The notes under the pieces: generated by a model | Told to the model about the DNA's origin: nothing | What the model saw: the letters and a program-made list of their open reading frames with translations, nothing else | Databases searched by the model: none | NCBI GenBank assembly: GCA_041946735.1 | Contig: JBHGAY010000016.1 | Location: 1-64,000 of the forward strand | Source: Candidatus Eiseniibacteriota bacterium | GTDB lineage: Bacteria > Eisenbacteria > RBG-16-71-46 > CAIMUX01 > VGJL01 | DNA: 64,000 nucleotides | Reading direction: 5' to 3' | Made by a program: the position numbers and the translations under genes | In this document: one piece after another, positions 56,694 through 64,000 of the stretch | How positions within the stretch are numbered: the stretch's first letter is position 1 | How the letters are laid out: each line of letters starts with the position of its first letter

Positions 56694-58766
56694 CTAGCGG
56701 ACGATGATTCTCTCCGCCTCGCGGTCGCCGGCCGCACTCACGCGAGCCCAGTACACGCCGCTCGGAACGACCGCGCCGTTCTCGCCGCGGCCGTCCCACC
56801 GGATCGAGTAGTCTCCCGCCTCCCGAACGCCTCCCGAGAGGTTACGCACGAGCCGGCCACCCGCATCGTAGATGTTCACCGTCACGGGACCGCTCGTACG
56901 CACGGAGTAGGCGATCGTCGTCCAACGATTCGCGTCCATCGGGTTCGGCGCGACGTGCATCCGCACCTCGCGGCCGGAGAGTGCGGGATCGGGCGCGGCT
57001 GCAAGATCGCAGTCGGGAAGCTGCGGAATCGGCGCTGCGTCGGTCCAGACCAGCTTGAAACAGGCCCAGTCGTCGCAGTCGACATCGCCGTCCCCGTCGA
57101 AGTCGCCCGCTTCGCAATCGGGACCGACCGGACCGCCTCCCGGGCCGGTATAGCAGGCCGCAAACCGCTCGTAGTCGGCCGTGTCCACGGCTCCGTCCTG
57201 GTCGAAGTCGCCGGCCCATCCCTTTCCCTCGAGGAGGTCCATCTGGGCGTAGTCGTTGGTGACGTCCTTGCCGGCGGCCAGGAGCTGGTTCATCGAGTTG
57301 TCGAGATAGGTGCGGAAGCTGCCGCTCGGCAGGTCGGGATCGGCGCTGGGGTTCGGCCATGGCGGGTTGAACCCGTTCGACAGGAAACCCGGGATCAGGA
57401 TGTTCTTGACCGACCAGCGATCGATCGCGATCGGATCCAGGCTCGCGACCAGCTCGTCGCGCCGCGTCGCGCCGGCGTAGGTCGTCTGGGGCCCCGTGTT
57501 CGGGTTCGCGTTGATCCAGATCGCGTCGACGATGTTCAAGTCGGCCGTCTGGATCTCGCCCATCAGGGCGCCCATGATTCCCAGCCGGATCGCGTTATGC
57601 GAGTTCGTCGAGAACTGGTCGGTCACGACTCCCATGTAATGCTTGGTGCAGACGGTCGCGCCATAGGTCGCGTGATGGGACTTCAGGACCGGCACGTTCA
57701 CGAACTTCAGGTGCGCGCGATCGTACTCCCCGGTCCCCGGATCCCATGTCCCGTAGCGCACGCTGACGTAGGTCCCGTAGGCGGTGCAGAACTTCGCGTA
57801 GGAGAGCTTGCCCTGGTACTGCCCGCTGTACCCCTCGACGACATATCCGTCGTTCATGTTGCCGGTCGTGTATTCAGTCACCTGGCTGGCACGGATCGAC
57901 GTCCAGTCGTAATGCGAAACGCGGTAGCCCTGCTCTTGGAAGCCGGCGACGACATCGTGCGGCGAGAGGCTGTGGTCCTGCGCGTTGTTGTTGGCGCGAT
58001 CGAAACCGTTGACCGGGTTGAACTGCGCGTTCTCGCACACGACGACCTCGCCGGTGAATCCGCCAGGATGGTCCACGATCGCGCGGATCAGGGCTCGGAG
58101 CAGATCGGTGTTCGTCCCGCCGCGTTGGTCCCACTGGTAGTTGATCTTGACGATGACCACGTCGTCCTTCGCGATGACGCCCTCGGGTCCGGAGAGCGGC
58201 GTGACCTCGTCGCTCTCGTAGAACTTGAGTCCGCCCCGTCCCATCGTCAGGAGGAGGTTGCTCAGTCCCACGAAGTGATCCCCGGCCGGGTCTTGCGGGC
58301 ACTCGCTCACATGATAAATCTGCGCCCGGTAGTCGGGGCGCGGGCTCGAGACCGGTCCCGAGTAGGTCGGGAGCGCCTGGGAGCGGTACGTCGCGAACGA
58401 GACAATGAGAACGGCCGCGACCAGGCCAGCCATCGCCAGGATCGGACTGCGGCGGTAGCATGCGATCGTGCTGCGCCGGGCTGCCAGGACCGCTGCGACG
58501 ACGGGGGCCGCGAACGCGGCCGTCGCCGTGCCGATCGCCGCCCGCTGGCAAGGGTAAGTCAGCCGGCTAGGCTTGGCTCCGCTCCTCAAGGCCAGCCACA
58601 CGAGCGCCAGCACGCCGCTCACGAATGCGTTCGCCAGGAACCAGCGTCCCAGGAATCCACGGAACGGTGCCGGCCAAGGGAGTCTTGGGTGCGAATGACG
58701 CCTGGGATGGGAATGGTGCCTCGGATGGGAAGGATGCGCGATCGGGGCGCGTCGGCCGTCGCTCAT
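56694..58766 (-). CDS. Exported DUF362-like protein with dockerin/EF-hand-like repeats and FlgD-Ig/T9SS-like C-terminal domain
   Basis: KPSR.TYPCQRAA, VIVKIN, N.PVLKSH..T...K.YMG, S.DP.AID; DFDQDGAVD and DFDGDGDVD; PNP..WDG tail. Confidence 0.72.
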   Translation of the reverse strand: MSDGRRAPIAHPSHPRHHSHPRRHSHPRLPWPAPFRGFLGRWFLANAFVSGVLALVWLALRSGAKPSRLTYPCQRAAIGTATAAFAAPVVAAVLAARRSTIACYRRSPILAMAGLVAAVLIVSFATYRSQALPTYSGPVSSPRPDYRAQIYHVSECPQDPAGDHFVGLSNLLLTMGRGGLKFYESDEVTPLSGPEGVIAKDDVVIVKINYQWDQRGGTNTDLLRALIRAIVDHPGGFTGEVVVCENAQFNPVNGFDRANNNAQDHSLSPHDVVAGFQEQGYRVSHYDWTSIRASQVTEYTTGNMNDGYVVEGYSGQYQGKLSYAKFCTAYGTYVSVRYGTWDPGTGEYDRAHLKFVNVPVLKSHHATYGATVCTKHYMGVVTDQFSTNSHNAIRLGIMGALMGEIQTADLNIVDAIWINANPNTGPQTTYAGATRRDELVASLDPIAIDRWSVKNILIPGFLSNGFNPPWPNPSADPDLPSGSFRTYLDNSMNQLLAAGKDVTNDYAQMDLLEGKGWAGDFDQDGAVDTADYERFAACYTGPGGGPVGPDCEAGDFDGDGDVDCDDWACFKLVWTDAAPIPQLPDCDLAAAPDPALSGREVRMHVAPNPMDANRWTTIAYSVRTSGPVTVNIYDAGGRLVRNLSGGVREAGDYSIRWDGRGENGAVVPSGVYWARVSAAGDREAERIIVR

Positions 58767-59058
58767 GGGGAGACCTCCCGGGTCGCTCTTGGCTGATCGA
58801 ATGCGTGACATACGAGTTCGTCTCACGAACTCCACCTGTTTTGCACGCGCAGAGCATACTCCATGCGTCCTCGGCGGTCGATCGGTGCTCGAGAGATCGT
58901 ACCGGTCCGTCTCTGACTTCTTCGCACTTCTGACCCGGACCGCCGCACTCGTGCTATCCTCGCGGGTTTCGTCCCGCCCCTCGATGGAAGGCCGCCCGGA
59001 CACGAAGGGCGCTGGAGCAGTGGGCCGCGCAGGAGACACACAGGGAGAGGAGCGGCTC

Positions 59059-59586
59059 ATGCTCAGAGGCAGGTCGGTCACGCTTCGCCCCGTCCTCGAG
59101 ACGGACCTCGATCCGCTCTACCGGTTCCACATCGATATCGACAACCGGGGGGAATTCTTCCCGCGCGGCATCGTCGCTCAACCTGCCTTCCGCAAGCAGT
59201 TCCTGGACTCCGGATTCTGGACGAAGGATGAGGGAATGCTGGTCATGGTGGGCCCGGAAGACGAGACGATCGGGCACATCGAATTCTTCAAGACCGTGAA
59301 CTACCTCGACGAGTATGAGCTCTCCTACCATATCTACGCTGCGGAGCATCGGGGTCGCGGGGCAGCGACCGAAGCGGTCAACTTGCTGGTGCGCTACCTC
59401 TTCGAGACCCGTCCGGTCCACCGGATCCGCCTGGTGATCCACCCCGACAACGTTGCCTCACGCCGGCTGGCGGAGAGGTGCGGCTTTCGTCATGAGGGGA
59501 CAGCGCGCGGGGCCTGGTTCCATCGTGGCGTTCACCGGGATGTCGAGATCTACGCCATCCTGAGGGGGGAGGCGATGGCCGGATGA
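59059..59586 (+). CDS. GNAT N-acetyltransferase (RimJ/RimL family)
   Basis: RGRG.ATEA, N.AS.RLAE.CGF..EG..R. Confidence 0.92.
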   Translation: MLRGRSVTLRPVLETDLDPLYRFHIDIDNRGEFFPRGIVAQPAFRKQFLDSGFWTKDEGMLVMVGPEDETIGHIEFFKTVNYLDEYELSYHIYAAEHRGRGAATEAVNLLVRYLFETRPVHRIRLVIHPDNVASRRLAERCGFRHEGTARGAWFHRGVHRDVEIYAILRGEAMAG

Positions 59587-59692
59587 TCCCCCAATCTTCC
59601 CCCACGAGGCGGTTGCGCTGGGCGCATTCGTCCTGCCGTTGTACAACCCGCCGAGCCAGGAGCGCCTTCTTGATGAGAACAACGGAGGTCCG

Positions 59693-60142
59693 ATGATGAC
59701 TCGTTCGCGCAGGATGCTTCTCCCGGTCGCTTTCGTGGCCGGCTTGATCGTCGGGATCGCCATACCGGGCGTGGGCGGTCCGGCCGGCTCGAAGGTCACG
59801 AATCTGCTCGCGGCGACTCTCTCGGAGGAGTTCACGCCCGGGCGCGAGGTGCTGATCGACCTGGTCGAGATTCCTCCCAACCAGAAGCTGGACTGGCACT
59901 GGCATCCCGGAGAGGAGTTTCACTACTACCTGGAAGGGAATCCGGTGATCGAACTCGCCGATGCGCCGCCCATCATCGGCGAGCCCGGGACGGTCGGCCA
60001 TGTCGCGTTCAAGCAGCGCCACCAGGCGACCGCCGGGGACAAGGGTGCGAAGATTCTCGTGTTTCGGGTGCACACCAAGGGAGAGCCTTGGCGTTATCTG
60101 GACGAAGAGCACGATCACGACCATCCTGTGACACGCAAATGA
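59693..60142 (+). CDS. Cupin-domain protein with N-terminal signal or anchor
   Basis: HWHPGEE..Y.LEG and a downstream His. Confidence 0.85.
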   Translation: MMTRSRRMLLPVAFVAGLIVGIAIPGVGGPAGSKVTNLLAATLSEEFTPGREVLIDLVEIPPNQKLDWHWHPGEEFHYYLEGNPVIELADAPPIIGEPGTVGHVAFKQRHQATAGDKGAKILVFRVHTKGEPWRYLDEEHDHDHPVTRK

Positions 60143-61047
60143 GCATGATGAGCTGGCTCCTCGACTCCGACCCGGCGATCCGATGGCAGGTCCTGCGCGA
60201 CGTCCTGCATGAGTCCGACGATGTCGTGACGGCCGAGCGTGCCCGCGTGGCGAAGGAAGGTTGGGGGGCGCAGCTCCTCGCCCGGCAGACGCCGGCCGGC
60301 CCATGGGGCGACGGCGAGGACGAAGGATGGATGACCACGATCCAGTTCCTGGATCTCCTGAAAGATTTCGGGATCGACCCAGCATCCGCGGAAGCGCGAC
60401 GCGCCGTCGGCCTCGTCCGCGATCGGCTCACCTGGTGGCAGCTTGACGGGAGGCCCTTCTTCGAAGGGGAGACAGAGCCGTGCATCAACGGGAGGATCGT
60501 CGGGATTGGCGCCTACTTCGGCGAGGCGACCGATCGGCTGGTCGAGCGCCTGCTGAGCGAACAGCTCGAGGACGGCGGTTGGAACTGTGAGGCCCCGCCG
60601 AGCGCATGCTCCTCGTTCCACTCGACAATCTGTGTGCTCGAGGGGCTCCTGGAGTACGAAAGGGCGAAGGGCGGCAGAGCGGGGGCGGTGAGGAAGGCCC
60701 GGCTGCGCGGGCAGGAGTACCTTCTCGAGCGCCGGATGCTGCGGTCCCGCCGCACCGGTGAGATCATCGACCGCAAGTGGACGCGCTTCTCGTTCCCAAC
60801 TCGGTGGCATTACGACGTGCTGCGCGGCCTCGATTACATGCGGAAGGCCGGGATCGAGCCGGACGAGCGGGTCGCAGAGGCGATCAGCATCGTCGAGCAA
60901 CGGCGCCACCAGAACAAGCGCTGGCCGATGAACCTCCTCCACTCCGATCGGATCCCCTTCGATATGGAGACGGGGGTGGGCCGTGCGAGCCGCTGGATCA
61001 CGCTCCGTGCGCTTCGGGTGCTGGAGTGGGGAGGGAAGCGAGGGTAG
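60139..61047 (+). CDS. Alpha/alpha-toroid (squalene cyclase/prenyltransferase-like) protein
   Basis: WLLD.DP.IRWQ, Q..DGGWNC, SFHSTI, FP..WHYD.LR.LD. Confidence 0.75.
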   Translation: MSMMSWLLDSDPAIRWQVLRDVLHESDDVVTAERARVAKEGWGAQLLARQTPAGPWGDGEDEGWMTTIQFLDLLKDFGIDPASAEARRAVGLVRDRLTWWQLDGRPFFEGETEPCINGRIVGIGAYFGEATDRLVERLLSEQLEDGGWNCEAPPSACSSFHSTICVLEGLLEYERAKGGRAGAVRKARLRGQEYLLERRMLRSRRTGEIIDRKWTRFSFPTRWHYDVLRGLDYMRKAGIEPDERVAEAISIVEQRRHQNKRWPMNLLHSDRIPFDMETGVGRASRWITLRALRVLEWGGKRG

Positions 61048-61137
61048 CCGCCGCGCGCTTCCCTATCATGGCGCACTCCGGTGCTCGGCATGGTGTGTGC
61101 TTCCACCCACGCCGTCGCTCCTACCTACGCCAATCGA

Positions 61138-63066
61138 TCAGGCGCGCGTCGAGATCGAACCAGGACCGAGGGTGACGTCAGCGATCTCTGCCACGGGGCC
61201 GGATGCGCCCGCACCTCCGCTTCCCGCCGTCCCGCCGCTTCCACCCTCGAGTCGGAAGACCACCTCGGTGTGGTGCGCGGGTCCCCTTGGAGATTCGGGG
61301 GCTACCGGAACGAGCGCCGTGTAGCACAGCCGCCTCCACTCCGGCGTCAGCTCGTAGGACTTCGCGGCGGTCCCTTGCACCGGGGCGCCGGGAGCATCGA
61401 ACTGCTGATAGAGGTATACCGAGAGTGTGCCGCCCCGCGGTCCTCGAGCCACGAACTCGAGCGATACGAACATGCCGCTCAACCGGTCCAGTTTCGAGAT
61501 CCGCTGTAGAAGCAGCGTAGGGGGCGAACTGCCCGCTCCGCCGCTCCGCGGTCCCTCGATTCGCACGTATGGAAGAACTTCCCCCTCTTTGCCTCGGGGC
61601 CCTGGACCGGCGCTATCCGCGCCGGCCTCTCCTCGGATGACTCGGGAACCGGCCGGGGCGAGCAGCTCCCAATGAAGCGGAGTCTCCTCCTTCGCCGATC
61701 TCCGGCGCCATTGCTCGAAGCGCCCGTTGCGCAAAATGTCTGCGCGGACCGTGGAGCGCAACGCGGCCGGCGCGGGGGCGCGGTAGAAGCCCCGGATCGC
61801 GTCATCGCCGGCGATCGGATCGTAGAAGTCGAGACCGAGGCGCCCGGCGGCGTGCCTGTCGAGAGAGACGCGAAGAAACCGCTCGAGCCACTCCGGATCG
61901 TTCAGGCAGAGCGGCTCGGGAATGAAGTAATGGCGGACCATCCATCCAACGACTCCGTCGCGGTCCGCGATCGGATCGAGGTCTCGGCCGGGATCCAGAT
62001 CGGCGAGGCTGTGGACCGACGCGTACGGCGCGAGGTGGCTCCATCCAGGGGAGACGAGCGGCTTCCTCCAGAAGAGGGCCTGAAGGCCGAGGGAAGAGCT
62101 GAGACAGATCACGGCATCCGCGTGCAGGAGGAGCATCTGGCTGCCGTGAAGCACGACGGAGGGATCGACGAAGACCGCCTGAGGCCACCGGGAACGTAGA
62201 TGTTCGCGCGTTTCGTCGTCGAAGCTGTCGCCGAGCAACCGCGCCGACGGATGCTCGGTCACGATCAACCCGACCGAGTCGGGAAGCCGCTCGAGGACAT
62301 GGAACAGATACTCCGCCTGGTTGCGGAACGGTCCGTTCACGTCGAATCCTGCCTCGCCGCCGAACTGAAGCGGCAGCAGGACGACCCGGCGGAAGCGGCG
62401 GCGAAGCTCCATCTCGAGGCCGCCAAAGGGGGACGCGGCGAGGAGCCACGCGCGCAGCTCCTCGCGCAGACCGTCCAGCCAGGCGTGCTCCCGGGCGTCG
62501 GGGCGACGAGCGAGCAGAGCCTCGGCATGCACCCCGAGAGTCGAGCGCGCATACAGCCCGAGAGGATCGAAGTAGTGCGTCACTGGGAAAGGATGGCGCG
62601 AGAAGAACCCGAACTCGCTGTGGAGCACAAGCGCGCCGGGGAAGGCCGAGGCCAGGTGATCCGAGGGTGTGAAGGTCAGGATCACATCGGGCTCGAAGCC
62701 GGACAGCGCCGCGCGCAGGTCCTGCCCGCACGCCTGGACGCGCTCCGCGGGCCATCGTCCGTGGTGCAGCCCTTCGAGGATCGCGACGTTGGGCGCATCG
62801 AAGTGGCGCCGCAAGAGGCTCTGCGACAGCGGCACGACCCATTCTGGAGGTAGCCCTTCGTGTTTGCGGCGGTTGACCTCGTTCCCGGGACCGGGAGGGG
62901 CGACTGCGCGGCCGGCGAGCGCTTCGTTGGTCACCAGGCGGATCTCGTGGCCGCCCCCAGTTGCGCGGAGCGCGTGGCCGATCGCGGCGGCGCGGTCGAG
63001 CCATGCCCAGTAATGGAGCGGCCGGTTGTGCATGATCAAGGGTTCCACGTACAGAAGCAGGCGCAT
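61138..63066 (-). CDS. Capsular polysaccharide biosynthesis/export-type glycosyltransferase (KpsS/KpsC-like) with C-terminal CBM-like domain
   Basis: E.GFF, LLPLQ, EHP, SSSLGLQAL...KP..G; C-terminal 'NG.FE.W' beta-sandwich. Confidence 0.65.
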   Translation of the reverse strand: MRLLLYVEPLIMHNRPLHYWAWLDRAAAIGHALRATGGGHEIRLVTNEALAGRAVAPPGPGNEVNRRKHEGLPPEWVVPLSQSLLRRHFDAPNVAILEGLHHGRWPAERVQACGQDLRAALSGFEPDVILTFTPSDHLASAFPGALVLHSEFGFFSRHPFPVTHYFDPLGLYARSTLGVHAEALLARRPDAREHAWLDGLREELRAWLLAASPFGGLEMELRRRFRRVVLLPLQFGGEAGFDVNGPFRNQAEYLFHVLERLPDSVGLIVTEHPSARLLGDSFDDETREHLRSRWPQAVFVDPSVVLHGSQMLLLHADAVICLSSSLGLQALFWRKPLVSPGWSHLAPYASVHSLADLDPGRDLDPIADRDGVVGWMVRHYFIPEPLCLNDPEWLERFLRVSLDRHAAGRLGLDFYDPIAGDDAIRGFYRAPAPAALRSTVRADILRNGRFEQWRRRSAKEETPLHWELLAPAGSRVIRGEAGADSAGPGPRGKEGEVLPYVRIEGPRSGGAGSSPPTLLLQRISKLDRLSGMFVSLEFVARGPRGGTLSVYLYQQFDAPGAPVQGTAAKSYELTPEWRRLCYTALVPVAPESPRGPAHHTEVVFRLEGGSGGTAGSGGAGASGPVAEIADVTLGPGSISTRA

Positions 63067-63405
63067 GCGGCTGACTCTCCTTGTTCGCGTGCAGGATGGC
63101 AGGGGAAGTGGGCCGGCACAAGGGCCACCGGAAGGCAGTTCGGTCGCGATGGCGGGCCAGGATCTCTCCGAGCTCGTGAACGAGCGACCGGCGATCTCCA
63201 CTTCGGCGATCCGCCTGGCTTCCGACCCGAAGGGCAGAGGCGATACCAAAGCACTCGTCGAGTTCTCGGCTCACAGGTATGATGGCGGGCCGAGTCGAAC
63301 GAAATTCGTCCCTTCCGGGTCGGCTCGTCATTGCCAATCCCGTGAACCGAGAGGTTCCGGCCAATCCCGATGAAGAAGATTCCAGAAGATAAGGAGTAGT
63401 TCCGC

Positions 63406-64000
63406 ATGCCCCTTCGCAATCGCGTTCGCTCACTTTCCATCGCGGCGATCCTCTGCGCCGTCTCGACTCTCGGTTCGATAACGGTCGCGGCCCCCATCGG
63501 AACGGAGATCACGTATCAAGGCGCGCTGCAAGACGGGGGATCGCCCGCGAATGGCTCGTATGATTTCCGCTTCCGTCTGTTCGATGCTATTTCCGGCGGG
63601 AATCAGGTTGGATCTGGTGTCGCGGTCGAGAACCTGGCCGTGGCAAACGGCGTCTTCACGGCCGTCATCGACTTCGGCCAAAACGGATTCGGCCCGGACG
63701 GCCGCTGGCTCGAAGTCGGAGTCCGCCCCGGTGCCGATTCCGATCCCGCTCCCTACACGATTCTGACTCCCCGGCAACAGGTAACGGCGTCGCCCGTCTC
63801 CCTGTTCTCTCTGGGGTCGGGCGACAATCACTGGTCACAGAACGGTAGCGCCATCACGAACAACAACGATGGTTTCGTGGGCATCAACCGATCGACCAGG
63901 GTGACGACTTCGGAGTACTTCGGCGTTCAAGCGGCCACCAACGGCTATGGCGGAATGTACATGGCGACCGACGGGGCGGAAGGTCTGCCATTCTATGGTT
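63406..64000 (+). CDS. Secreted protein, 5' part only (not in the ORF track)
   Basis: ATG behind TAAGGAG; MPLRNRVRSLSIAAILCAV signal; ITYQGALQDGGSPANGSYDFRFRLFDA..NGVFT..IDFG..RWLEV; frame open to the window end. Confidence 0.8.
   Translation, partial: MPLRNRVRSLSIAAILCAVSTLGSITVAAPIGTEITYQGALQDGGSPANGSYDFRFRLFDAISGGNQVGSGVAVENLAVANGVFTAVIDFGQNGFGPDGRWLEVGVRPGADSDPAPYTILTPRQQVTASPVSLFSLGSGDNHWSQNGSAITNNNDGFVGINRSTRVTTSEYFGVQAATNGYGGMYMATDGAEGLPFYG

Overview
High-GC bacterial chromosome segment with no rRNA, tRNA, CRISPR array or transposase seen. Four secreted proteins end in FlgD-Ig/T9SS-like C-terminal domains and two end in a (T/S)WG-x-(I/V)-R tail, which suggests an anaerobic FCB-superphylum lineage such as Eisenbacteria or Krumholzibacteria (inference). 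Contents in order: a porin plus chemotaxis genes (MCP, cheR, cheD, cheY, cheX, cheB); an AAA+ ATPase; a flagellar operon (flgF-G-A-H-I-J-N-K plus an HDOD gene) behind a sigma54-type promoter; a double-cubane-cluster reductase (DCCP-like) with its ATPase activator; three GT-C-like membrane proteins; a cation antiporter and a K+ channel; an sxtIJKL-like carbamoyltransferase cassette; a complete [FeFe]-hydrogenase locus (rex, hydC/B/A, a sensory hydrogenase fused to a histidine kinase, two receiver proteins, hydE/G/F) with tandem Rex boxes; and several secreted repeat proteins. The best candidate for an undescribed system is absent from the ORF track. Upstream of the DCCP-like operon lies a micro-ORF with a sigma70-like promoter and a perfect Shine-Dalgarno sequence. 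It reads MSRFRDRSL-UGA-His-UGA and is followed by a hairpin whose apex (GCAGGUCUGC) matches the E. coli fdhF SECIS. Downstream sequence can sequester the DCCP ribosome-binding site. This suggests a selenocysteine micropeptide or a selenium-sensing leader.
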